Below, piece after piece: positions 22,792-35,222 of a stretch of DNA of 64,000 nt; positions within the stretch are counted from its first letter, which is position 1; each line of letters starts with the position of its first letter. Below the pieces are notes generated by a model, which was not told where the DNA came from, searched no databases, and saw only the letters and a list, made by a program, of their open reading frames with translations. Source of the stretch: Cystobasidiomycetes sp. EMM_F5 (Eukaryota); NCBI GenBank assembly GCA_051047955.1, contig JBPGPT010000009.1, positions 62,001 through 126,000 on the forward strand. Direction: 5' to 3'. Made by a program: the position numbers and the translations under genes.

Positions 22792-25700
22792 CTACAGAAG
22801 CGCTGACTGGCACGTTGGACATACATGGCTAGACGAAAGGTATAGCCTCAAGCAGGGGGAAGCGTGAAAAACGTGGAAACAACTTGGGAGCACTACCGCC
22901 AATTCGTCCTCCTTGAATTGCACCAGACAGATGCCACATTTATTGCACCCGATCCCAACGCATGCCAATTTCTGCTTGACTTTGCCGTTCTTATCAGTAC
23001 GTCGTCTTTCAAGCTCGACTCGTCCAACCGGTAGACTATCCACCTCCTCAGCCGTGGCAGGCCTCGTCCTCCCAAGCATTTCGTTGATTGTCTGTTCCGT
23101 CTATAAGGTATGTGTGTCAGCTTTGTCAGTTGGTAGCACTCGCATTAGTCTCACCTTGGCTGGAGCAGACTCTAAGGAAGCTAATGCGACATCCAAATCA
23201 GTCAGACTGGGTTCGCGAGGGGGTGCCGAAGGCCGTAAAGAAGCAGAAATTGCCATGGCTAATTGTCTGTCCTCGCTCATATCGGCCAGAGACACCTCCT
23301 GATCGACGGGAGGTTGTGGCAGTGGCCGACGAGGCCGCGGAGGTGACGAAGTCGGGTCATTGGAGTTCACAGTGGCGTTAGGTACCGAAGCAGAGTACAC
23401 ATGTCTAGGGCGTGCAGAAAGGCTTTCGCGCGTGCTTTGAGATACGCGTGCCATGGGAGAGGACGGGGCCGATGTCCCTTGTTGTACGCGTTCGGATGAC
23501 CGATTGCCAGCCATAGCTGCCAGAGATGATGGTCTCCTTACAGCCGAACTTCGACGTAAAGTCGCCGCAGACCTCTGCAATGGAACACTGGATTGCCAAC
23601 CTTGAACAACGTCCTCCGCGAGATGGGACGTCTCATTGATAATTAAATGGCTGTTCATTTGCAGCGGTGGCTGGAGCGTGGATGTAGTAGGGATGGGATG
23701 CGTAGATACTACTTCCTGGTCTGCGCGGCCGATTGTCTCCCACGCTGAGTCGTGTACGAGACCATTGGCAGACTGTCGTTCGTCTTGACCAAAAACTTCC
23801 CAAGCTGGTTCCTCCACAACATCGAGCAAGGTATTGCCAGCCAGCCTGGCAGGCAGAGCGCGAGCATTGAGTGAATTATTGGATTCCATTGAAGCATTCA
23901 TCCCTTGCGTCACCTCGTTATCGAAGTTGTTGCCGCTTGAAAGCTGCTCCTGGACCGACTGTCCATCCCAGATGCGACCCCACCGTTTAGGCGGCACCGG
24001 TGGAGGTTTACGCTTAACAGAAAGTGGCCTCGATAAGAGTGCTGAGTACCTGCGACCCTCTTCGTTGCGTCTCCACGTGGCCGCTGCCGTTTCACGATCA
24101 CTTTGGTTGGTTGCGAATGTATCTGACCTTGGTGTGCCTGGTCCTGTGAGTCCGGCGGTCGATGGATACGATTGCAATGAGGAAGTGGGTTTGCGGACAG
24201 TCGAGTCGCCATCACCATCACCGTCAGCCGAGTCGCTATCTGATGACGAACTGCCGCTTTCGTTCGAGCCGTCATCGCCATCGTCATCATCGGAAGAGGA
24301 GCCTTCAAGTGGTGCTCGGACAGACTGATGCTTTAGCTTTCGCAGATTGTCCGTAGACAGTAGATCTGTCGTTACTCGCGGAGGCGCACGGGGCAGGCTG
24401 AGAGTCGAAGCCGGGTCTTTACCATCGGAAATGGCCGGCACGACTTCACGGCGCGAAGACGCTGGAGCATCCGATTGCGACATGCTGACATTGGCTTGTG
24501 GAACATGCTGACGTAGCAGTTCCGCTAGGCGGGTTGTTTTGCTCCTACTTGGCTGCTTATCAGCCTTTGCGAGCGGACTGTCTTCCTGTATAACAGAAAC
24601 CTCTCGTTGTCTGGCAAGATCTGTTACGGCCGCTTGCTGAAGAACGTGTGATGGAGGACTTGCCAAGTTTGGTAACGCTTCTGTCTGCAGAGCGGAAGAG
24701 TTCGGTGATCTGGTCGACGTAGCTGTGGGTGATGATCGACGCTTGGCTTCTATCTCAGCCGCTAGCTGTTGCGCCAATTTCAATCGAGGTGGAGACGGCG
24801 TGGCCGGAGTTGGCAGCGGTGCCGATGGCGGCAGTGACGGCGGAGGTCGAGAGAAGACCGCTGGCCCAGTCACGGCGGTGATAGAAGCGCTACGTTCAGG
24901 AGAGAGCGGGCTGGTACGGGTGGCATTGGCGGCATTGCGAGCAAAATCCGGTATATCTGTCGCATTCGTCGGCCCCTGAATAGGTGATGCAGCTGCTGTC
25001 AGCACAATACGTGTAGGGTCTGCTGTGGAAGTTGAGTTCGAGAAAGGTCTGTCGCTCGTCGTCATGAGAGCATCGGGGCTTGTCTTGCGCTGAGTGTCGT
25101 CGGATTCGGTCGACGGCGCCGAAGGACGTGCGGGAAGTGCTCTGGCCTCCATAACGCTTGATAGCATGCGGGAGTCCCGTCTCTGAGCTTCAAAGCGTTT
25201 CAGACGAGCTCTTCGGACTGATCCCACGCTCGGAAAACGTGGGGCCTGCATATCGGACCCGGCTGGCGATATGTAGCCACCGGCTGGCAGCCCTGGCGAT
25301 AGTTGGGGGCTAGGGTGATTTGGCAGGTCCCGCCGTGCTGTTGGCGGCGAGACGCTCCGCTTATCGGGGTCCGGGCCTCTTTCGTCATATAGTCCTGTAG
25401 GCTCTGAAGATGCGGCAGATTGCACTTGCCTGAGAACAGCGGCTTGCGCTGCGAGCACTGAGACTGTTGCAGCCTCGCTACCTCCTTCAAGATTGGAAGC
25501 TTTACCTTGCAAGCGTAGCCACCTGTCCGTCAAACTCATACCTTCCCTTCGCCAGGCTTCCCAATGCCGCAAGCGCCATAATCGCTCATGCTCGTCATCT
25601 CCGGACAGGTTCTCGTGACGGTAGGGTCCGAGAGCTCGACCTTGCTTCCGAAGGAGATCTGCCTCCGTTTCAGAACTGGCGTAGCCTCTGTCCAGTAGCT

Positions 25701-27393
25701 CAATCGCAGACACGTCAACGTCAGAAAGGTATTCGTCGGATTCATTCCCTGCTCGTTCACGATGCGAAGTAAGAACAGCACTTCGAGGTTGCGAGGGACC
25801 GGCTAGGGCATTCACAGCTTGTTCGGCTGCTGACACTGACTGTTGACCTTGCGGTGTAGGCGGCCGCGACCTGAACGCAGGAGGTGGAGAATTAGGAATA
25901 GGTGGAAGAGGATTAACCGGGCGTGAGGTCGTGCTTGGTAAAGGCGTGTCAGGGTCGGCACTCCTGTCTCGGGTCTGACCGCGTGTGCTTTCTTGCTCCG
26001 ATGCCGACATTTCGGCCGGTTCGTCGTGATATTCCGCTACGTACGCATGCATAGGCGTGAATGCGAGTGTGATTGTCGTTTCTGGCGGTGTCCAAGGGGG
26101 TGGCGGGGGAGATTGCCGGCCGTCGGTAGACAGAAGGGCACCCTCAATACGGCTTGGTCCACCAGAGAGAGTAGTCGAGGATGTGAGAGGCGCATGATCA
26201 GCGGCAGCTGTAGTGTTGGTGGCAGAGGCATGAGCAGGTCGCGACGGCGGAATACTAGATTCGGCCGGTGTTGCAGGCAGCACGTTTGCCTGGCGAGACG
26301 ATCGCCGGGAGTGAGACACCGCGGGAGGGGATCTGACAGTGGTCGAGCTTGACGTAAAAGTGCTCTGCGATGTTGCAGGTGTCACTTCCGGCGAGCGGAC
26401 AACCGGTCTATTAACAGGAAAGGACGATGCGGCTCCATGTCCGGCTTCGGGAGCTGTCAGCCTGTTTGACGGGACGACATGCGCATTATCGGGTCTTGCA
26501 GTGTTCTGGCTTGGACTGACTACCGTTGGATTAGCAATCGTTGTCTGTAACGATTGCGGTTTCTTCTTCTTTTTCTTCTTCCTAATGAGTTCTGGTGCAC
26601 CGATAGCTGCTGAAGCGTCAACTGAAGATGCCGAGCTGGCCGTCTCTGCAAAGCTGCTTCTGCTGGACGATACTGCCGACTGGGAAGTGCCTGTGGAAAT
26701 TGTTCTGGACAGGACCTCGCCATTGCTGTTCACGTATGGCGCGCCTGGGACTGTCAGCAGCGATGTGTTGGCTGCGCTTGTTCTAGACGGGGTTGTCGAC
26801 CGGATACTGCTAGCACTGCCTTGGACTTGCAGTGTATTTGTATTACGAGGTGGGGCTGGCGGGGGCGAAAAGACAGAACCAAGCGCAAAGTGTGCTGCTA
26901 TTGGAACAGGCAGCGGTGTCAAGCCAGCGTTACGGACTGCATCATGAATATCGCTTGGCGTATTTCGCCTAAATAGGTTGGAAGCGAATGTGGAAGCGCC
27001 TGTCGTTGTCGCAGAAGGCGGGGCCCGACTCGTACCTTTGCCTTTCGGATCTGTTGACGACACGGAATTGACTGTCTGCGGGGGTGTACCCGGTGTTTGA
27101 ATCCTCCGGCTTTCTGTCCTTGAATCCGATATCGACCGCGGTGATGACCCCAGACTGTCTGTTGACGCTGCGGCGCTCCTCGTCAGTCCAGCCAGCTGAG
27201 ACGTTGTCACTGCTGGCAGGACTGAGTATGTGGGCACTACTTTATGGCTCAGGGCATCAGCTATCACTTCCACTGTGCGGGACCAGTGCACTGCCAAACT
27301 GACCGGCAGCATAGGTGCGACTGGGCTGACTGGGGGGTTTCCTTGCGGCCTTCTTGACGCCAGACGTTGTCGACGTGGACGTACTCGCTCCAT
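22792..27393 (-). CDS. Large low-complexity protein with UIM and C-terminal RING-H2 finger (putative E3 ubiquitin ligase)
   Basis: ~1400 aa S/P/T-rich region; SEDRQLAMAISASL (UIM-like); last exon CGICLVQFKEDELAVVLPSCFHVFHASPCLRLYLSSSHVCPTC (C3H2C3). Confidence 0.8.
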
Positions 27394-28034
27394 CTCGACC
27401 AGCGCTGCCTACTTGGGTATGCCCATTTCTGCTGGCCGGTGCTCGCGGGTCCAGCGTAGAAGCGGGACTACGCCCTGCCATTGCTCGCAGCGGTGCAGTG
27501 CTGCTGGGTCATATGCCATGCAGTGCTCATACATCCCCAGCAGGCATGGGCAGCAGTCATGAATTGGTCGAGTGATGATGAGCCCCGCTGCCTCTTTCAG
27601 CCAAACATGCATGATGTTTGAAGGTTCAAGATTTGGGTAGTTTGACATTCGCACAACTCGCTTTTGCTACTGTTACAGAACTGCGTCGTCCTCGCGCTGT
27701 TTCTACACGAAGAGTGATCCATACATACTTTGAACGCCATTGCGACTGGAAACGGCCCCGACCTTCTTTCTCTGGGTCACTGCTGCTGGCCGCGTACTCT
27801 TCCTCTACAAGGTGTCGTGTAAGCGTCATCCTGCGTCGTCAAGGTAAACAGTAAACGGGAGGACCCATAATGGAAATTGGTTGAAAAGGGGAGGTGCGCC
27901 TGCCGGGAAACGAGTACTGTATATAGACGTACACATTCAAAGACCTGATTTACAAGAAATGGAAAAGGAAGGAAATGGGAGAGGGAGCGAGAATATAAGA
28001 GAAGAGTGATCGATGTCCAGATGCCGGCTCCTCA

Positions 28035-30633
28035 TTATCGATACGGCTGGAAGGATTTGCCAAACTGTGGCGCAGCTGTGGGCGCCGTGCTCGCATCCTT
28101 TGCTATTTGCGGCTTGATCTTGAACTCGGCTAGGATGGGGATATGGTCTGACGGGAAGTGGGCGTTCGGGAAGCCTACCACCCTGCTGAGATACCCCGGA
28201 TCGACATCACCCAGCAGCCCCGTCACGCCGAGACTGTTTGCAGTGTACCATATATAGTCAATCGTGCCTTTAAAGCCTGGCGTATAGTTGGTAAAGCTGA
28301 GTCCCCCTGTAGGTTTCTCTGGGTGCGACTCGACGTGCGAATAGGATGACTTCAGTGTATACTTGTGTGAGATGCCCTCGGCTGTATACTTGCCGTACAC
28401 ATAGTCCATAAAATCGACATGGTTCTTCGCAACGGCTCCCTGGGACAAGAACTGATAGACACCGCTGTCGGTGACCGAGTTGAAGTCGCCACAGATAAGC
28501 ATGGGGATCTTGTTGCTGTCGCTGTACGTAGGCGCTTTATCATAGCCTTTGCCAAGGGACAATTTCGGAGGAAGCCTGGCGAAATGGTCTGCCGTCTTTT
28601 GCAGCTCGTCCATCATCATTGCCACTTGGACGAGCTTGACATCCCGGTATTCAGGGTCCCAGTAGACATGCACATTGGCGACAATCAGTCTTGCCCCAGA
28701 CTGCTTGTGCTCAAGCAGAGCAACCACCGCAATATGATCTTTGGTCATGACGCGATTAAACATGTCCTCAGTCTTTTTAAAATCTGGCCGCCGCATCGCA
28801 ATTTGGTTGAATTCGATGACTTGCTGCTCTACTAGCGAAAAGGTCGACGGCTTGTAGAATGTTGCACAACCATCCACATGTCGCGCTTCTTCCGGTTGCA
28901 TCGTTCTCGCTCGAGTTCGTGGTCGATAGATGCCTTCGTACCCGTTGCCTTCCAGATGGTGCAAGAAGAAGTCTTCATACTGCTCACCGTCAACTTCCTG
29001 CAGTATTGCATAAACGTCAGTCTCCCATGCTGGTTTAGCTCTCATCTACCCGTACTTGTAGGCAGATGATGTCCGATCCATAGCCAACAATCTCTTGCAA
29101 GATGAGCTCCTTTCTATAGTCGTAATTGAGCGCCCAAGAAGGGGTGTAGCCATACATTTGCGGTGTAGCTGCCTTCTCGCACAGAACATTGTAGCAAAGA
29201 GCCGTAAACGTCTCGGGCTCTGGCTGACTTGCATCGGTGATGGTCGGGAAAGAGTCGGCTTCTACAGTGATCCATTCTCTGTCTGGTGGTGGCAGAGGCA
29301 CTGGACAGGAGTCCCGGAGATAGGCTACCAATCCTGAGGTTCCTTCCTTCTCCATCAGGGACCGCAAATTGTCCGGCAGCGGATTGCCTTCGATACCTAG
29401 CATGTCAAGCTGGTGTAGCGTTCCAAGCTCAGACGGCAGATTGGTGAGCTGATTGTCGAACAGAAGTAATTCACGCAAGCTCGTCAGCATGCCCAGCTCT
29501 GGAGGTACGGCTGTCAGCCTGTTACCACTAGCGTCGAGGAGAATTAGGTGTGATAACGTCGATAGTTGCGGAGGTAGTGTTGTAAGATTGTTGTGAGGTA
29601 CATAGAGGGTTGTAAGGAATTTATAGCGAAACAGCTCTGCAGACAGGTTTCGTAGGTGCATGCCACCCATGTCGATGGTCGTCCACGGTTGTCCAGTCTT
29701 TTCTCTTTCTGCTTCTATTGCAGCAGCCGTGTTGACAGGCTTTGCAGAAGACGACATGGGCGATACTGTATTGTCGTGCTTGCCTGCTGCTGAGCGGATG
29801 GCATTGACAGAGTTTGTCCGCAAAGGCGTCGAGGAATTGTCGGACACGGCCTCTGATTCGTTACGCTTGTGTGACTGGCCATTACTATCTTTGTCCTTGC
29901 CGTCCTTGTTAGGCCGACCAATCGTCATTACAGGGTGTCTAGTCGGATCGCCGTTGGCAGCACTTCCACTGGTCGTCATACCCCGTTGCTGCAAGTGCGC
30001 TGCTCGAGCATGGTGATGGCCAGAGGTCGACTGTCGAGCTACATTGGCAAATGTAATCTGTTGCTGCCAGTATGCGCTCTTGCTGTTACTGAGGTTGGTC
30101 TGCACCCCTTGCACTCCGTTGCTTCCGACTCCACCGTTGACTAGGCTTGCGTGCGACTGATGACTGCTAGGAGGCGGAGGTAGGTGGTTTGCAGCCTGGC
30201 CGTGACCATGCATCCCGGCATGACCGCCGTGATGACCGTTTGCCTGATTGTGGGAATGACCGGAACCACCAGGCCCTAGGTGAGACATGGGATGACCGGG
30301 AGGTCCGGACTGAGGGTTCCCATGACCACTCGGACCGCCTGCGTGATGCTGTAGGCCTGGGGAAGTATGCGATAGATGGGGTGGTCCTGGAGGTCCGCCA
30401 TGCTGTGGAGGCGGCAGGGGCGGACCGAAGCCTGGATACGCCGCTGGACTGGCTGGAGGACCTGGATATGAGAACGTGTGGTGGTGCTGATGGTGTGCCG
30501 GTCCCGCTGGCCCTTGACCTCCCGCTACTCCAGGTGGGCCATTCGACGAGGATCCATACGGCGAAGGTGACGAAGCATGCAGCTTTTGCATCAGCTGCTG
30601 CTGGTGCTGCTGATACCGGGCAGCTGTCGACAT
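28035..30633 (-). CDS. CCR4: CCR4-NOT deadenylase subunit Ccr4 (disordered N-terminus, LRR, EEP nuclease)
   Basis: WTTIDMGGMHLRNLS, LRRs, YNVLCEKAATPQMYGYTPSWAL, DIICLQ|EVD (intron ~29004-29055), GDFNS, IDYIWY, PSDHIP. Confidence 0.97.
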
Positions 30634-31438
30634 GCTGCCGAGATGGAGACCGATAAGAGGCCAGTCGATACGTCAAACGGTAGCCGAAAGGCGTCGTGGA
30701 AGAAAGGGAGGACCTGGCAATTGGCTGAGTTGGCGGGTCTGCGTCGTGCAAGTGATGGCGTATGATATTAAAGCAGACGGAGGGAGCGTGGCCAGGTGGA
30801 TCGTGCAGCGATGGCCCATTGACGGATGTGCAATGCGCAGAAAAAGCGGGAACCGAGCCATCAGCCTGAGTCTTTGGGCCTTCAGGACAAGACTAGCAGC
30901 ATTTGCAGCTGTTCAAGACAGCAACTTACAAGACTACGTCTTGCTGGCTGGCTGTACTGCCTTTCTTGCTTCCCTGCTCGTCAGCCAATCCTTGGGACCT
31001 CGCAAGGCTCGCCGAGCCGATTCAAGCGCAGCTCGATGGCTGTTCCAGCAGCGGGTCTGAGTCTCTGTCGATATAGTCTGGCTGCTGCTGTCGTGGTGGC
31101 TTCTGTCGGCCTGCAAGCCGCATCGTCGATGCCCAGAATGCGTGGGCTGGCTGGCTGGCTAGCTGATACGGTAAATCGGGTCTCAGCACGCTGCGTCCAT
31201 CGTCGCTGGCTGTTGCAGTTGGCAGTAGTGGTGCTGGGCAACAGTGCCCTAGGCTGTCGTGGCCGTCCTTAGTGTAGTCGATGTCTGGATTACGATAGAA
31301 TCCAGTCTGAATCTGAGCAAATCCCTTGCATTTTGGAAGCCAAACTAACAAACATTCATGATGTTATACGCTGCGACGCTGTAGTCCTTCTATGCACATG
31401 CAAAACTCAATGTAGACCCTCGTCGTGGTCTTTGAGCA

Positions 31439-32364
31439 ATGTCAAACGGCAAAGCTGCGTCCGCTGGGGCAGTCGCGACTTCAGATGACCTCGTCGCAGC
31501 CTTCAAGGCCTCTGGGGCATTCGATGACCTCCGCGCAGAGCTGCTCAAGTCGTTTATGCGAGATGTTGGTTGTTACTCGACAGATTCCGAGCCGGTCAGA
31601 CTTCTGACGGGTCAATCTGTCAACAGGAATCTGGAGATGCATTCATCGACCGTATACAGGCAGAAATCAAAAAGAAACTGACAATGCTGCTAAAGGACGC
31701 AAACTCGCGCAGGTCGCTCCACTCCTCTCCGACTCGAGGAGCTCAGCCTACATCTATGTCGCCGGGAGACAGAAGTACCCTGCACATCTCCCCAAGCAGC
31801 AGCAAAACCACAGGCAATACCATCGCAGGAACGACACTAACTCGCGCAGAGGCTACAGAGGAAATCATGCGAGATCTGGAGAAATATACAGCTTACGACC
31901 GTGCCGAGGAAGATCTGGTCAAGTACATCTTGCCAGCCAAGCGAGACACACTCGAAGCAAGGCTACGAAAAGTACTGCACGAGCGTGGTCGAAGACCTCT
32001 TGAGCCTTCTGAGCTTGCCGCGGACCCTCCACATCGATCCAATGCCAATGGCCATGTATATCGTGATGAACGGAGTAGATCACCCAGATACCGCGAAAGA
32101 AGCTATGATCACTATAGCCCAAGACGAAGCTTCTCTCCTCCTCCTCGACGAGGCAGATCTCCGTCTAGATTGAGATCAAGGAGCAGATCCCGGTCAAGAT
32201 CGAGGTCTAGGTCGTATCGTTCCCGCAGTCCGGTATACTATAGGCGTGATTCAAGGCGAGAAGAAAGTAGAGATCTGCTAGACAGACCATTCCGCGACAC
32301 TCGCCGGATTGACGATGAGTACGACCGCGGAAGGATATCCGAGAGGGACAGGTTTAGACGATGA
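31439..32364 (+). CDS. Shg1/BOD1-like (COMPASS-associated) domain protein with C-terminal RS-rich tail
   Basis: DDLVAAFKASGAFDDLRAELLKSF matches the BOD1/Shg1 N-terminal motif; intron 31566-31626; C-terminal SRSRSRSRSRSRSYRSRSP. Confidence 0.72.
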
Positions 32365-32782
32365 TCCGATTTTAGGGTTTCGCTGCACGACTCCAGGTGC
32401 ATACCTCATCACTTTGCCATCACAACGCCCTGCGAAATGCTAAGGTCTTCATTACACGACTTTCGGACGCATGACCTTTCAGGTTCTGAAAGGCATGCGC
32501 AAGAGGAGCTGTACTTACGTTCCGCAGTAGGCGAACGAAGTCAAGGCATGGCTTGATTTGCATTGGTGTAGTTCAGAAACACATTAATACTGCAATTGTG
32601 TATATATGCAAATTTGCGAATGAACGTGGGAAAGCGAGTTCTGCTATAGCATAAAGCGATGCGGTAGTATACATACAAGGGAATGCTGGTGTGCGGAAAT
32701 GGTAAGGATGCAACAACAGTAGAAATGGTCTTATCTGCAAAAGCGGGAAGGGGTATATACGGTTGAATTTACCAAAGGATCA

Positions 32783-34735
32783 TCAGGATGATTTGCCATT
32801 GATATAAGCCATCGCTTGATCGGCAGTACTCTTCAGCAATGCCAAAGTTGTCGCATCCTTGTCATAGATGTCGTACCAGCCCTGAGTACCAATAGCAGTC
32901 AGCCGGCGCATTAAGACGAGGACATCAGGGAAAGCGCGGCCGTACTGGTGCTTCATGAGGTGGGTCTCCTGCCCACTGTGTACCAGTCATCAGCCTTCTG
33001 TACAATGATACGAAGCCATAGATCCCTCGCAGTTACTCACTTCTTCGTTGAATGTGTTTCGCTTATTGAAAGGTCGCCAGATCCCTCCATAAGCCCATGG
33101 CGCGAAGCCTTGTGGGTAGTACACGAATCAGCCTCGTTAATTTATCGTCTATACAAGTCTCCCTTGTATGTATGCCCATTTTCGCCACTGACCGACGATG
33201 GACTTGTCCAACTTGAAGTAATTCAGCACTTCCGATAGGATGACACCAAAGTACGCATCCCTGTTGGTGATTGTCGCAGTCGAATTGTAGAGGTATGATT
33301 TGGTGGGTGCGCCCCGCGCGACATTCTGCCATTCGTCCCTTGCCATGCCCGCTTCTTCCAGAATGGCAGGCTTGCCGAGGTCTGTCGCCCACTGGCTTAC
33401 ATTGCCAAGGAAGGTGGTGACAGAGTCTATTGCGACCTGGAGATTGACAGCGGATGTATTTGTCGGGTCGTAGATGCCTTGATCTATATTTCCCAGTCAG
33501 ATTCGCCGTAATGGGCTGGAGCAAGACATGCACTTACTCTGTACCCACCAGTGCGCAGAGCATAGGTCGATATTAGGAGACTTGTGAATCAACTTCCACC
33601 AGGCTTCACCTTGCTTGCCCTCGAAGCCAGTAGTGACGAGCTGATTAGGTGCAAGAGACTTGATGTAGGAAGCTGTTCCATCGACCCACTCGTAAGGAAA
33701 TGGTGCTGCCGGAGAGCTTCAGCATGCCTTTTCAAACGCAAACGTAGTACACATGCTTACGCTGTGGTTCATTGGCCAACTCCCATGCTAGAATGGCAGG
33801 ATCTTCTTTGTACATCTTGCCTGAGACTGTATTTTTTCGGTTGATAACCTTTGAGATATGAGCGCGATAAAGCTGTTGTGCGTCTGTGTTGTTATAGAAT
33901 TGCCCGGTATAGTCAATGTAGCTGAGATGGGGGTAGGGAAACGACGAGGGAAGTCTCAGCGGATGATCATGAGACTGAAGCACGAGGAGGGGAGGATCAA
34001 TGTACCCGTTCCATGTCCCATTGTTGGTGTAATTGCCGTAGGGAGGGTTGGCCGTGTAATCCCAGGAAGGAGGGTACGGAATGGACCCATTCCCGGTCAT
34101 CCACGAGACATACTGTCCCATTCCACCTGACCAATTCCATGTATTCTGCAACGTCATGATGGTAGTCATGCCATACTCGGCAGCTTTCGCGACGCATCTG
34201 TCCATTCCGACAAATATGTCTTCGTTCCAGTGATACGGCGACGGCATAAGGGGAGGGTACATTCGATTTGGCTGGATGGTCGGGGCACCCTCGCTCGCGG
34301 CCATGATACGAATCATGTTGATACCGGCAGCTTTCATTTGCTGCATCTGCGGCGAGTATAGTAGGTGAGCGGAGATCTGTATACTTTGTGTGGAGGCATG
34401 CGCACCTCTGTTTCAAAACGACTGGTGTTTCCACCTGCGCTGAGATCTGCTGCCAGATTCATGCAGCTTTCACACAGTAGATAATGTCAAGTCGTTGGTT
34501 CTGCAGAGGTCACATGCACCGGTACTCACGACCAATAGTTCATTCCCGAAACATAGAATGGCTTTCCATTCTGATAGAGCCTCGTTCCGTTGCGAGAGAC
34601 GAAGCTGGATGCGTCCCTTGCATGGATGCCGGGGGCTGGCCTGGCGGCGACCGAAGCAACCGACAAGCTAAGCAGGCCTAGGGTTGCAATAATGGCCTCC
34701 TTCGTGGGATGGGAGGAAGATTCAAAGAAGATCAT
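32783..34735 (-). CDS. Secreted GH5 (subfamily 7-like) beta-mannanase/mannosidase
   Basis: Signal peptide; FYVSGMNYW, GINMIRIMAASEG, NTWNWSGGMGQYVSW, YKEDPAILAWELANEP (acid/base), LVTTGFEG, KPAILEEAGMARD (nucleophile); many introns. Confidence 0.9.
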
Positions 34736-34834
34736 GTTGCTGAGAGTGTGTGAGAAGATGTGGAGGAGAGGGAGCTTCTAGTCCTGCTGTTACCGGTATT
34801 TGTATCTCGTAGCTGCTTTCTGCTTTCGGCAATG

Positions 34835-34882
34835 CGAGGCACTGCCAGACTGACCGGCTAGCAATTAGCTCGCAGTGCCTCG
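34835..34882. repeat. 11-bp perfect inverted repeat in the GH5/IMPase divergent promoter region
   Basis: CGAGGCACTGC (34835-34845) / GCAGTGCCTCG (34872-34882), 26-nt spacer. Confidence 0.7.
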
Positions 34883-35132
34883 AGGCGTCAACGGCAGCGG
34901 TTCACTGCTTCAGCATGTGCCACTACGCTAGCCAGCTGCGCGCAAAGCACTGCGTTTATCCAACGTCGATGGCAGCTCAGACAGCTAGTATACCCGAGCG
35001 ATGTCTTGGGGGTTTCGTATGAAGGCAGATTAAGAGGAAGCAGGATGAGATACTGCAGTATTGTAAGGTAGACTGCTACGAGGTCACAGTGAGGCTCTAC
35101 GCTGGGCCTTAGTGGGAGCAGCAGTTGTGCAA

Positions 35133-35160
35133 GTCTTTGTTTCGGCGTCTTTGTTTCGGC
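35133..35160. repeat. 14-bp tandem duplication upstream of inositol monophosphatase
   Basis: GTCTTTGTTTCGGC x2. Confidence 0.8.
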
Positions 35161-35222
35161 GCATAATCGTCATCCAGACTCCAAACTGCACTCTGTTACT
35201 GCACGTACACGCAAACACCAAA

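Noticed and set aside
23405..27562. Numerous overlapping and antisense ORFs (e.g. 26339-26947, 23834-24328)
   Set aside because: Shadow frames of the long low-complexity RING gene; the same applies to similar ORFs within separase, CCR4 and the LIM gene.
27572..27620. GTGATGA C-box-like motif (snoRNA?)
   Set aside because: No suitably placed CTGA D box or terminal stem seen.
30060..30633. His/Gly/Pro/Gln-rich N-terminus of Ccr4 as a novel domain
   Set aside because: Low-complexity N-terminal extensions are usual for fungal Ccr4.
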